The notes below the pieces were generated by a model that saw nothing but the letters and a program-made list of their open reading frames with translations, made no database searches and was not told the origin of the DNA. Shown here in pieces: positions 8,079-17,352 of a stretch of DNA of 25,613 bases. How positions within the stretch are numbered: position 1 is the first letter of the stretch; each line of letters starts with the position of its first letter. The position numbers were made by a program, and so were the translations under genes. Location: positions 1-25,613 of IMG/VR virus record IMGVR_UViG_3300031993_000018; one strand, written 5' to 3'. The stretch comes from a virus. Taxonomy: Duplodnaviria; Heunggongvirae; Uroviricota; Caudoviricetes.

Positions 8079-8696
8079 ATGAAAGTATTTTTAGGTGGCA
8101 CCTGTGCCGAATCAAAATGGAGGGAAATTATAATGCCCCAGTTACAGTGTAAGTATTTCAATCCTGTTGTGGAAGACTGGACACCGGAGTGCCAGGAGAA
8201 TGAAGAAAGGGAGAAGATAATCTGTGATTATCATCTTTATGTGATCACCCCAAAGATGAAGGGTGTGTTCTCAATTGCAGAGGTCGTCAATGATTCACAT
8301 GAACTTCCAAATGGCCACTGTGTCTTCTGTGTCACAAAGGAAGAGGATGACAGGGATTGGACAAAGGGTGAGATGAAGAGTCTTGATGCAACAGCAAAGA
8401 TGGTTGAGAAAAATGGAGCAAAGGTTTGCAAAAATCTTGATGAGGTGGTTAATTACCTGAATACAATGAACTCAATGGATGAGGTCAAATCACAGAAACA
8501 TTCATTGGATTATTATGTAAAGAGGACTGATCATCTGGTATCACTCTACAATAGACTTGTACATGAGATTCTTCCTGAGGGTTGGTATTGTACAGCAATG
8601 GATTGCTGGACTTGTGAGGAGGAGGAACTTGCAGAATGTATCTCCAGACTTCACAGACCATTTGTACAGAGGATTATCAAGAGAAAGAACCTATGA
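8079..8696 (+). CDS. Nucleoside 2-deoxyribosyltransferase-like protein with C-terminal extension
   Basis: KVFLGGTC...WRE...YFNPVVEDW...FSIAE pattern of the NDT-like family. Confidence 0.75.
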   Translation: MKVFLGGTCAESKWREIIMPQLQCKYFNPVVEDWTPECQENEEREKIICDYHLYVITPKMKGVFSIAEVVNDSHELPNGHCVFCVTKEEDDRDWTKGEMKSLDATAKMVEKNGAKVCKNLDEVVNYLNTMNSMDEVKSQKHSLDYYVKRTDHLVSLYNRLVHEILPEGWYCTAMDCWTCEEEELAECISRLHRPFVQRIIKRKNL

Positions 8697-9064
8697 AAGA
8701 GATAAGAACTAAACTGTTTTCCTGTGGGTTGAACAAAAACGGAAGGGTTTATCCCAAGGAAGTGATGGAGAATGCTTTGGAAAACCTCAAGGAAAATGGA
8801 GGTTGGGGACTTCTGTGTCACCCTGGTACAGAATATGGTAAATTGGAGGATTCCATTGGAAAGGTTGATGAGATCAAGATGGATGAGAAGGGAGATGTGT
8901 TCGGAAAGGTATTGTTATTTGACAATCCTTCTGGAAAGGTATGTCAGACAATATTGGATAATGTGGATACATCATCTATAGAAGTTACTCCTGTTGGGTA
9001 TGGTGAGGTTGAAGATGGTGTTGTCAAGAGTTTTGATATAACTCATTTTAATATAAAGTTATGA
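8693..9064 (+). CDS. T4 gp21-like prohead protease homolog, apparently degenerate
   Basis: NKNGRVYPKEVM and GLLCHP (cf. GELxHP), but EVTPVGYG in place of GVSSRGxG. ATGA overlap at 8693 favoured as start. Confidence 0.7.
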   Translation: MKEIRTKLFSCGLNKNGRVYPKEVMENALENLKENGGWGLLCHPGTEYGKLEDSIGKVDEIKMDEKGDVFGKVLLFDNPSGKVCQTILDNVDTSSIEVTPVGYGEVEDGVVKSFDITHFNIKL

Positions 9065-9252
9065 AAATAAAATATAGTGAAGACAATTCTTTGAAACAGG
9101 TCATATATGAATCTGACAGAAAAAGATTAAGAGATGGTGATTCCATAACAATTCCTTCTGATTATTCCAATACCTGGATAGAAGAAGATGTTACATTGGA
9201 ACAACTTCAAAAATATGTCAATAAAGGATATGCAATAAAAATTAATTGTTAA
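9061..9252 (+). CDS. Small hypothetical protein
   Basis: 63 aa; ATGA-coupled upstream and directly abutting the dUTPase start. Confidence 0.6.
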   Translation: MKIKYSEDNSLKQVIYESDRKRLRDGDSITIPSDYSNTWIEEDVTLEQLQKYVNKGYAIKINC

Positions 9253-9807
9253 ATGAAAAAAGAAGTAAAATCAGAAGAAAAGAATACTGCTGTCATTCCA
9301 AGTATTGAATACCTGAAGAGTGTCACTGTTAAGTTCAAGAAACTCACATCAAATGCAGTGATTCCTGCATATGCTCATAATGGTGATGTGGGTATGGATA
9401 TTACTGCGACAATGATTGAATATGATGTTGATAAGGATTTGTATATCTATCATACTGGTCTGTCCTGTGAAACGGAATATGGATATGGTATATTCCTCTT
9501 CCCAAGAAGTTCAAACTGTAAGACAGAGGCATATCTGACCAACCATGTTGGCATTGTTGACAGTGCAATCTACAGGGGTGAACTCCAACTCAGGTACAAG
9601 AACAGGAAACCTTACAGAAAGACTCTCTGGGAGAGGTTGAGAGGTAAGATCAATTCAAAGAGAGTCCTGAAGTTAGCACCTTATCAACCTGGTGACAGAG
9701 TGGGTCAGATGGTGGTACTTCCTTATCCTAAAGTAAATATCCAGGTAGTGGATGAACTGTCAGAGACAGAAAGGGGAACCGGAGGTTTTGGATCAACTGG
9801 AAAATAA
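9253..9807 (+). CDS. dut: Trimeric dUTPase
   Basis: GDVGMDI, PRSS, GIVDSAIYRGE, GDRVGQ, RGTGGFGSTG (motifs I-V). Confidence 0.95.
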   Translation: MKKEVKSEEKNTAVIPSIEYLKSVTVKFKKLTSNAVIPAYAHNGDVGMDITATMIEYDVDKDLYIYHTGLSCETEYGYGIFLFPRSSNCKTEAYLTNHVGIVDSAIYRGELQLRYKNRKPYRKTLWERLRGKINSKRVLKLAPYQPGDRVGQMVVLPYPKVNIQVVDELSETERGTGGFGSTGK

Positions 9808-9813
9808 TTACAA

Positions 9814-9840
9814 AAAAGGAAGTGAAATGAACTTCCTTTT
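9814..9840 (+). terminator. Rho-independent terminator
   Basis: AAAAGGAAGT-gaaatga-ACTTCCTTTT. Confidence 0.75.
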
Positions 9841-9850
9841 GTTATTTTTA
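9838..9850 (+). promoter_or_regulatory. Putative early/middle promoter TTTGTTATTTTTA
   Basis: Third copy of the motif, upstream of the clamp loader. Confidence 0.6.
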
Positions 9851-9866
9851 TGTAAATTGATTTTAT

Positions 9867-10832
9867 ATGGCAGTAAATAATTTGAAAACCATTCTGTGGG
9901 AGGAGAAGTACAGACCCCAGAATTTGAAAGAACTCATTGTTCCCCAGAGAATCAGGACCATCTTTGAGAAGGGTGTTATACAGTCTATGTTGCTGCATGG
10001 TACTGCCGGTATCGGTAAGACCAGTGCTGCGAAAGCGATCTGCAAACAGTTCCAACACAATACTCTTTATCTCAATATGTCAGAGACCACCGGTGTTGAT
10101 ACAATCAGGGAGACTATTATGGAATTTGCTATGAATCAGTCAATCCTCCATTATGACAACCCTATCAAGGTGGTTATCCTGGATGAGATGGATGGTATGT
10201 CACAGCAGGCTTATGCTGCATTGAGGGCAACAATGGAGAAGTGTTCTGTAAACACCAGGTTCATAGGTACCTGTAATTACATAGAGAAGATTCCAGATCC
10301 AATCCAGTCCAGATTCCTGATGATTGACTTCAACTTCACATCAGAAGAGATGAAAGAAGTTCAGGCAGGTCAGATGAAGAGGGTCATTGAGATTTGTAAG
10401 AAGGAAGGTCTCACTATTTCCAGGGAAGCAATAACCAAGTTGGTATTCACATATTTCCCGGATTTCAGAGGTATTGTAAAGAAACTCCAGAGGTTTGCTC
10501 TTGAAAACAAGACAAGTATTGAGGAATCAGACATCAAGGATACAGTAGCAGAATATGCTGAACTTTATGATATGATTATCACTGGGGATAATCCTGTTGA
10601 GAACTATAAGTTTGTGATGAAGAATTATTCCAACTGTGTGGATGAAGCACTTGCATCACTTGGTCATCCTTTCATTGAGTATATCCTGAAGACTAAACCA
10701 AACCTTATGGGTAAGATACCTGTAATTTCAGTTCTCAATGCTAAATATCAGCAGAATATAAAACTGTGCATTGACCCGGTTATAGTTCTTCTTGCCAATA
10801 TTTTTGAGTTACAGACTGAAATGCAGAAATAA
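9867..10832 (+). CDS. Sliding-clamp loader ATPase subunit (T4 gp44 / RFC small subunit)
   Basis: LWEEKYRP, GTAGIGKT, VVILDEMD, PIQSRF. Confidence 0.93.
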   Translation: MAVNNLKTILWEEKYRPQNLKELIVPQRIRTIFEKGVIQSMLLHGTAGIGKTSAAKAICKQFQHNTLYLNMSETTGVDTIRETIMEFAMNQSILHYDNPIKVVILDEMDGMSQQAYAALRATMEKCSVNTRFIGTCNYIEKIPDPIQSRFLMIDFNFTSEEMKEVQAGQMKRVIEICKKEGLTISREAITKLVFTYFPDFRGIVKKLQRFALENKTSIEESDIKDTVAEYAELYDMIITGDNPVENYKFVMKNYSNCVDEALASLGHPFIEYILKTKPNLMGKIPVISVLNAKYQQNIKLCIDPVIVLLANIFELQTEMQK

Positions 10833-10863
10833 TTAACTTTTTTGATAAAAAAATTTGAAAAAG

Positions 10864-10886
10864 GAGAGGATTTGACCTCTCTTTTT
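10864..10886 (+). terminator. Rho-independent terminator
   Basis: GAGAGG-atttga-CCTCTC-TTTTT. Confidence 0.65.
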
Positions 10887-10896
10887 GTTATCTTTA
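10884..10896 (+). promoter_or_regulatory. Putative early/middle promoter TTTGTTATCTTTA
   Basis: Fourth copy of the motif, upstream of the Clp ATPase. Confidence 0.65.
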
Positions 10897-10919
10897 CAAA
10901 AGACTAATAAAGATTACAT

Positions 10920-12887
10920 ATGGGTAAAATTTACAATGACATTGAAAAGAATGAAGAAGGTACTGTAGAGAATATGATAGATGATATTCTGTCAGTGGGT
11001 TCATTGGTATTGGAAAGGGAGATAAAGTTCCGTGAAAATGAAGTGAACCGTGTCTATAACATTATGGACAAAGTTGACTACAGGACTGTACTTCTTGTTG
11101 GTGATTTTGGTTCGGGTAAGAGAAGTGTCATAGAAGGATATGTCAATAAACTCAATAAGAATGTCAGGAGAGACAAGGTTATTGAGATTGATTTTGATGA
11201 TATATGTTCAAAGACACAGAATGGTGGTGATTTTACAAAAATCATCAATGATGTTTTTTATGCCGCTACCAACAATGAGACATTTGAAATCACTCTTGTT
11301 GTGAACAGACTTGCCCATCTTCTTAATCTCAACTGTTATGGTAATGCGGGTTTCTCATTTGTAAATACACTTGTCAATTATGTGAAGGATAATAACCTGA
11401 AGATGATTGCCACTGTATCAAATGATGAATACAAGACCATTGAGGATTCATTCAAGATACTGTTGGATTATTTCACAGTTATTAAGTTGAAGGAACTCAC
11501 CAAGGATGAGACCGTTGAGATCATTGAGGATGATCTTCCATTCTTTTCAGAAAGTTATGACATAAAGTTCCCAAAGAACACAAGTGAACTTATCTGTAAG
11601 CATGCAGACAAATACATCAAAGACAGGGTTTTCCCGGGAAAGGCGGAAAGACTCCTGGATGAGGTGTGTGCAAGTATATCAAACAAGTACAGACCTGCTG
11701 ATGAAAGACTTATTGAACTCAATAAGTCCACCAAGGAACTCAAAGAGAAACTTGAACAGGCTATGTTAAACAATGACTACAACACCTGTGAGGAAGTCAA
11801 TGAGAAACTCAATGAGAACTTTGAAAAGTATAAGAAACTTGGTAATGAACTGTTTCCTGCTATAAATGCCACAGAAGAGGACATCCTGGAGGCAATAGGT
11901 GAGATTGTTGATGTACAGATGTCAAGACTCACCGATGATCAGACAAAATTCCTCCATGATATGGGTGATGAGATAAAGAAGTATGTCATAGGTCAGGATG
12001 ATGCAGTGGATACTGTTGTGAAGAATATCCGCAGAAACCAGCTTGGTCTCAGGAAGACCAGTCACTCTGCCGGTAACTTTATGTTCATAGGTTCAACAGG
12101 TGTAGGTAAGACTTATCTTGCAAAACAATTGGCCAAGTATCTTTATGGTAGTGAGGAGGCTCTCCTGAGACTTGATATGAGTGAGTTCCAGTCAGAGATT
12201 GATGTGTCCAAACTTCTCGGTTCAGCACCAGGTTATGTAGGTTATAAGGAGTCAGGTCTTTTGGTCAAGGGTCTTGCCAAGAGAGGTGAAACTGTTGTCC
12301 TTTTTGATGAGATTGAGAAGGCACACCCGAAGATTTATGATGTACTTCTCCAACTCCTGGATGAGGGTTTTGTAACTGGTTCTGACGGCAAGAAGGTGGA
12401 TGCCACCAAGGCACTTATCATATTCACATCAAACATAGGTGTGAAGGAGGCAAAGAAGATGTCAAGTCCTATAGGATTCACTGATAATGTGGAGGAGAAA
12501 AAGAATGAGAGAAAGGAGGAGATTATCCGTAAGGCTCTGAAAAACAGGTTCTCACCTGAATTCCTCAACCGTCTTGACAATGTATGTTATTTCAAGCCAC
12601 TTGACAGGGAGACATTGAAGTCTGTTCTCAAGAAGGAACTTGGTGAGTCAAATGAGAATATCAAGGCAATTTCAGGAAAGACAATCAAGTTGTCTCCTGA
12701 AGTTGAAGAGTGGATATTGAATAAGGTTGAGGAAGAGGATAATGGTGCAAGACCAATCATCCGTCTTATTCAGCAGCACATTGAGGAGAGTATTTCAGAT
12801 ATGATCATTGACAGTGATCCTATCCTTGATTCAAAGAAAAAGACTCTGACCGCAAAGTTGGATGGAGAGAAAATCATATTAAAATAA
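10920..12887 (+). CDS. ClpC-like AAA+ ATPase (no N-domain, degenerate NBD1, intact NBD2)
   Basis: RVFPGKA, UVR-like coiled coil, GSTGVGKT, RLDMSEF, GSAPGYVGY, LFDEIEKAHP, IGF loop, PEFLNRLD, GARP. Confidence 0.9.
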   Translation: MGKIYNDIEKNEEGTVENMIDDILSVGSLVLEREIKFRENEVNRVYNIMDKVDYRTVLLVGDFGSGKRSVIEGYVNKLNKNVRRDKVIEIDFDDICSKTQNGGDFTKIINDVFYAATNNETFEITLVVNRLAHLLNLNCYGNAGFSFVNTLVNYVKDNNLKMIATVSNDEYKTIEDSFKILLDYFTVIKLKELTKDETVEIIEDDLPFFSESYDIKFPKNTSELICKHADKYIKDRVFPGKAERLLDEVCASISNKYRPADERLIELNKSTKELKEKLEQAMLNNDYNTCEEVNEKLNENFEKYKKLGNELFPAINATEEDILEAIGEIVDVQMSRLTDDQTKFLHDMGDEIKKYVIGQDDAVDTVVKNIRRNQLGLRKTSHSAGNFMFIGSTGVGKTYLAKQLAKYLYGSEEALLRLDMSEFQSEIDVSKLLGSAPGYVGYKESGLLVKGLAKRGETVVLFDEIEKAHPKIYDVLLQLLDEGFVTGSDGKKVDATKALIIFTSNIGVKEAKKMSSPIGFTDNVEEKKNERKEEIIRKALKNRFSPEFLNRLDNVCYFKPLDRETLKSVLKKELGESNENIKAISGKTIKLSPEVEEWILNKVEEEDNGARPIIRLIQQHIEESISDMIIDSDPILDSKKKTLTAKLDGEKIILK

Positions 12888-12910
12888 TAACCAATTAAAC
12901 ATAAAGAATT

Positions 12911-13288
12911 ATGAGAATAGCTATTGTTGGTCCTCACAAAGATGAGGCAATATCAAAGGCAGAAGGTGTATTTGGCGTAAGTGCAAAGAGTCCCTGGCAG
13001 GCAGGAATTATAGATTATGCTGCCGAGACATACAAGTATCTGGATGAGGGTGATGTTGTATTTGAGGGATCTCCTTTTGATTTCCTTGCATTGGATCCAG
13101 TAGAAGGTTATGCTGATGTTGAGGAACAGATTTGTCTCAATGCACTCCAAAATCTGGATTATATCGCAGTTATCGCTATGGATATGGACAGGCACCAGCT
13201 GAATATCTACAAGGAGTATCAGAAACTGTTCCCGGAGAAGTTCTATATTTTCAGTTCACCTGTAGAGTTTGAAATAATAATGAAGTGA
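12911..13288 (+). CDS. Hypothetical protein, possible degenerate P-loop kinase (AAA_28-like)
   Basis: MRIAIVGPH without GKT; VVFEGSPFDFLA resembles DRxPxDxLAY. Confidence 0.45.
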   Translation: MRIAIVGPHKDEAISKAEGVFGVSAKSPWQAGIIDYAAETYKYLDEGDVVFEGSPFDFLALDPVEGYADVEEQICLNALQNLDYIAVIAMDMDRHQLNIYKEYQKLFPEKFYIFSSPVEFEIIMK

Positions 13289-13289
13289 T

Positions 13290-14936
13290 ATGAAGTTGAA
13301 GAAAATGTCATTTAGGAATTTCAAGTCCTATAGCAATATACTGACTGAAATTTCCTTTGAGGACACTTCTTCTCTCAATCTTGTCATAGGAGAAAATGGT
13401 ACAGGTAAGACATCAATAGCTGAATGTGCCACCTATCTCTTGTATGGTAAGCTGGAAAATTTCACATCTTCTGATATTCCAAACAGGATAAACAAGGCAT
13501 TCTACGGTAAGATTGAGACTGACTGTGATGGACATTGTGTCATCATAGAAAGAGGTCTTAACCCCAGTCTGTTCAAGGTTGAGATTGACGGGGAAGTGGT
13601 GGATACTGCCGGTAAACTGAATGTACAGAGTATGCTTGAAGACAATTACTTCAAGATACCTTATTCTGTATTTCACAATATTCTGGTCCTGGAGGTGGAT
13701 GAGGTGAAGTCACTTCTGTCAATGAGTGTCGCTGACAAGAGAAACATCATTGACAAGATTTGCGGATTCACAATCTACAACAAATACAAGGAGTTCTGTA
13801 AGGCAGATGTGAGGTCATTGGAAGACAGACTCAATGCAAATGAGTCATCTGCCAGAACAATCAATTCCAATATCCTTCAATATGACAGTCAGATTGAAGA
13901 GATAATGAAGAATACCACCACACAGGAGGAACTTGAGGAACTCCAGAAGAAAATCAATGAATCCAAGATTCTGAAAGCAAAGAATGAGGACTTGTTGAGG
14001 AAAATCAGGGCAGCAAGTGACCAGTTGAAGAATGTGAACTACAAGAAAGCAAGTGATTACAATATCCTGAAAAACAAGGTCCAGGAAATTGAGAATAAGA
14101 TTGCTTTCATTGATGGTGGAAAGTGTCCTACATGTGGAAGTTCATTGGAAACAGATGATTTCAGGAAGATGAGGGAGGATCTTGTCAACAAGAGGGAAGA
14201 ATGTCTCACACAGATGGAACAGATCAAGGAGATGATTGCCAGTACAAAACCAAAACTCATCAAACTTGACAACAAGGAAAAGGAGATAAAGACTGCAAAT
14301 AACCAGATTCCATTGGCGGATCTCCAGTCAGACTACAAATACAAACTGACCCTGAAGGAAAGAGGTACCAATACTGTTGAAGGTCTGAAGACCAAACTTC
14401 TGGAAGACCTTGAGGTTCTTAAGGAAGAGAGGAAGAAACTGGAAAAGGAGAAATCTCTGATGGATTTTATGACCATTATGTTCAGTGATGGTGGTGGTAT
14501 CAAGAGGTACATATCCAATATGTACATACCTATCATCAACAACCTTATGAGTGAAATGCTCAACTATATGGGTCTTAACTATATCATCACCTTTGACAAC
14601 AACTTTGATGCGGAGATTGTCCAGAATGGTATGAAGATTAAGTATGCCACATTGAGTAAGGGTCAGAAAGCCAGGGTTGACTTTGCAACCATCATATCCT
14701 TTGTGAAGTTCCTGAAGTTACAGTTCGGTGAATTGAACCTATTGTTCCTGGATGAGTTGTTCTCACATGTGGATATCAATGGTATGAATGATATGATTGA
14801 TATTCTGAGGAGTTTGAGTAATGATATGAAACTGAACATATATCTGATACACCATGCTAAACTGGAAAACATAATGTTTGACAAAGTGTTGCAGACAAAG
14901 ATGGTGGATGGGTTCAGTCATCTGGAGTACTTATAA
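13290..14936 (+). CDS. Recombination exonuclease ATPase subunit (T4 gp46 / SbcC / Rad50)
   Basis: GENGTGKT, coiled coils with CPTC zinc hook, LSKGQ signature, LLFLDE. Confidence 0.93.
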   Translation: MKLKKMSFRNFKSYSNILTEISFEDTSSLNLVIGENGTGKTSIAECATYLLYGKLENFTSSDIPNRINKAFYGKIETDCDGHCVIIERGLNPSLFKVEIDGEVVDTAGKLNVQSMLEDNYFKIPYSVFHNILVLEVDEVKSLLSMSVADKRNIIDKICGFTIYNKYKEFCKADVRSLEDRLNANESSARTINSNILQYDSQIEEIMKNTTTQEELEELQKKINESKILKAKNEDLLRKIRAASDQLKNVNYKKASDYNILKNKVQEIENKIAFIDGGKCPTCGSSLETDDFRKMREDLVNKREECLTQMEQIKEMIASTKPKLIKLDNKEKEIKTANNQIPLADLQSDYKYKLTLKERGTNTVEGLKTKLLEDLEVLKEERKKLEKEKSLMDFMTIMFSDGGGIKRYISNMYIPIINNLMSEMLNYMGLNYIITFDNNFDAEIVQNGMKIKYATLSKGQKARVDFATIISFVKFLKLQFGELNLLFLDELFSHVDINGMNDMIDILRSLSNDMKLNIYLIHHAKLENIMFDKVLQTKMVDGFSHLEYL

Positions 14937-14938
14937 AG

Positions 14939-14965
14939 AAAGAGTGAGGATTTTCCTCACTCTTT
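14939..14965. terminator. Bidirectional terminator
   Basis: AAAGAGTGAGGA-ttt-TCCTCACTCTTT between convergent genes. Confidence 0.8.
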
Positions 14966-14969
14966 TGTT

Positions 14970-15389
14970 TTATACTATCAGGAATATGTCTCCGTCATTT
15001 CCTGTTGAATTGTCAGGAACTGAACTTCCGGTTGTGTAGGTGTTTGCAGCAGGGATTGTGATGTTTTCACTCATCACCTTGTCTTTGCAGGATATAGTCT
15101 GCGATACACCGGACAGTGAAACAGAGGGAGATGTCATCTTTGCAACAGTTACAGTACTGTCTGATCCATAATATCCGGAAGAAAGACTTGCTGAATTTGT
15201 TGTATATGTGAGTGTTGCTGTGACAGCAGTCCTTTTGGCAATAGTATTAATTGCATCTGCCTGAGCAGTCAGGTTTTCAGATGATGAGATAGTACTACCA
15301 TTTGACTTTTTCAAACTCAAATCAGCAGTTTTTGTCTTGATTACACTGGCTGCTGCCTCAAGTCTTAATATTTCATCAATAATTGCCAT
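14970..15389 (-). CDS. Small S/T-rich putative virion fibre/decoration protein
   Basis: C-terminal TTGSSVPDNSTGNDGDIFL resembles a motif common in phage fibre proteins; lies downstream of the neck gene. Confidence 0.5.
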   Translation of the reverse strand: MAIIDEILRLEAAASVIKTKTADLSLKKSNGSTISSSENLTAQADAINTIAKRTAVTATLTYTTNSASLSSGYYGSDSTVTVAKMTSPSVSLSGVSQTISCKDKVMSENITIPAANTYTTGSSVPDNSTGNDGDIFLIV

Positions 15390-15414
15390 ATTATATGTGT
15401 TTTAATTATTTCTA

Positions 15415-16284
15415 TTATGTTGTCAAAATATACCATGCACCAGACATATCCTTGAGTTCCTGGAGTATCTGTTCCTTCTCTGTTGCACCCTCATTGGCAA
15501 TTGCCTCCACATTGACATTTATGTTACCAGGCATCTGATAAGAGAAGGCACCAAGTATTCTACTCAACTGCACCTTACAGTCTGCTATCACATACCTACG
15601 GAACAAATCATCATTATAGAGGTCACAATCAGGAACTCTTACAAGTACATCCAGGATGACATCACTTTTCGGGAGTTCACCAAGGAATCTCAAGTTGTTG
15701 GTCAGACGGTTATACTTGAAGGAGATCATATTCTGGAAGATTTGTCTTGACACATCCAGGAATGCTTCTGTACAGATGTAGTACATTGTATTGTCAGCAG
15801 AAACGGCCATTGTTCTGTCATATACTGACTGATAGACCATTCTGTGAAGACTGACATCACCGGAGTTCTTACCAAGAAGACCTGTGTTCCAACCGGCTTC
15901 ACCGGACCATCCACCAAGTGAATATACACCTACAACAGAAACAACACCTTCTGGAAGAAGATATGTACCTCTTGTATGTTCTTTATTACTTGTCACATTA
16001 TTGTCACCAGGACCTTTCATTGAATGGATACCCCTGTTGAATGAATGTTTCCTTATCTCACTTTCTGGTATGGCTATGAACATCTCCTCAGATGCATCTT
16101 CATACATTTTATAGAACATAGTCTTGGCATTCTTGACAAGCTGGGCGATTGATTCTGCCGGGATGGTGAAAGGTATTGCCCCATTCACTGACATCTCATT
16201 CTGGATACTCTCCACAAAATCATTCAAGCACTCAACCTCATCAGTATTTGAACAGTTGACCAATGTACTTACTTTTGATGCCAT
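15415..16284 (-). CDS. Neck / head-tail adaptor protein (T4 gp13-like)
   Basis: FKYNRLTNNL; LYNDDLFRRYVIAxCKxQLxRIL...MPGNINVN...EGxxEKEQILQEL resembles the gp13 C-terminus. Confidence 0.75.
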   Translation of the reverse strand: MASKVSTLVNCSNTDEVECLNDFVESIQNEMSVNGAIPFTIPAESIAQLVKNAKTMFYKMYEDASEEMFIAIPESEIRKHSFNRGIHSMKGPGDNNVTSNKEHTRGTYLLPEGVVSVVGVYSLGGWSGEAGWNTGLLGKNSGDVSLHRMVYQSVYDRTMAVSADNTMYYICTEAFLDVSRQIFQNMISFKYNRLTNNLRFLGELPKSDVILDVLVRVPDCDLYNDDLFRRYVIADCKVQLSRILGAFSYQMPGNINVNVEAIANEGATEKEQILQELKDMSGAWYILTT

Positions 16285-16294
16285 AGTTTAGTTT

Positions 16295-16314
16295 TATTTA
16301 TATAGGTATTTATG
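16295..16314 (-). promoter_or_regulatory. Tandem late promoter boxes CATAAATA / TATAAATA
   Basis: Minus strand reads CATAAATAcctaTATAAATA upstream of the gp13-like gene. Confidence 0.65.
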
Positions 16315-16828
16315 AGTTTTTTTTTAATATTGGGTTTTCAACCATAGAGAGTAGTCTGTCAATGACATCAACACAAGTCTTGTTGGTTATTTCCTCCCCT
16401 ATGGGGTAAATGTCATATCTGTTATTGGTTCTCTTAACCCAATTGTATTTATCTTTGAATGTCTTTACCATCTCATTTGGATATAGTCTGAAAAAATATT
16501 GATTGAGTCTGATTTCAAATTCATCCCTTTGTATATCTTCTACAATATCAATCATTCTGTTACCAAGATTTGGGGTATCTTTTGAATTGTTTTTTTCAAT
16601 GGGTATTGATATTGTTCCGATTTTATTATTACCTGGTGTATACCATGAACCTATTTGAAAAAACTGTGGATCAACAGTTGATGTATATGTATCTTTCAAA
16701 TATTCAACAAACTCATCAAATGAAAGATTGTTGATGTCATCCTCTTTCCTGATAGTCTCTCCAGAACCTCTATCCAGGATACCACCCCAAACTGATTCTT
16801 TAATATATGTTTTGAAATCTGGTATCAT
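16310..16828 (-). CDS. Paralog family member 1 (putative internal head protein)
   Basis: Leader MIPDFKTYIKESVWGGILDRGSGETIRKEDDI. Confidence 0.7.
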   Translation of the reverse strand: MIPDFKTYIKESVWGGILDRGSGETIRKEDDINNLSFDEFVEYLKDTYTSTVDPQFFQIGSWYTPGNNKIGTISIPIEKNNSKDTPNLGNRMIDIVEDIQRDEFEIRLNQYFFRLYPNEMVKTFKDKYNWVKRTNNRYDIYPIGEEITNKTCVDVIDRLLSMVENPILKKNS

Positions 16829-17352
16829 TTTCTTTCAAGTATTTTTAATATATTCTTATTATCAGGTGTGTTATCTAATATGAAATCAATGAACTCTTCA
16901 CAGAATTCATATGACATATGGTCTTTTGGATATATTATGAAAACAATCCAATGATCAATACCATCATGTTCTGATTTTTCTGGTGAATACTCTGATTCAA
17001 TCTTGTCATATAAATTTAAAAGGTCATTTTTAACATAAGAAACAAATAACTTCATTTCTTGAGTTTTGTATTTATTCGGACTTATTGTAGAGAACATTAT
17101 ATGGTCTGACTTTATTCCTATTGACAGATAAGTACCCATCTTTATAATTTTAAACATTGGGATATGTATATATTCGGGATCATATTTGATTTCATCCACC
17201 ATATTCACATAACCTATCTGATACTTTGAAATAATCTTATCATATATGTGTTTCAGTATATCTTCTCGTCTGACCTTTTCACCTGCACCTCTGTCAAGCA
17301 TATCTCCCCAGGTTGATGATTCTCTTATATATGTCTTGAAATCCGGTATCAT
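16825..17352 (-). CDS. Paralog family member 2 (putative internal head protein)
   Basis: Leader MIPDFKTYIRESSTWGDMLDRGAGEKVRREDI; ATGA coupled. Confidence 0.7.
   Translation of the reverse strand: MIPDFKTYIRESSTWGDMLDRGAGEKVRREDILKHIYDKIISKYQIGYVNMVDEIKYDPEYIHIPMFKIIKMGTYLSIGIKSDHIMFSTISPNKYKTQEMKLFVSYVKNDLLNLYDKIESEYSPEKSEHDGIDHWIVFIIYPKDHMSYEFCEEFIDFILDNTPDNKNILKILERK

Noticed and set aside
8636-8692. Longer start for the protease-like ORF
   Set aside because: Overlaps the upstream gene by 61 nt; the ATGA-coupled start at 8693 is more plausible
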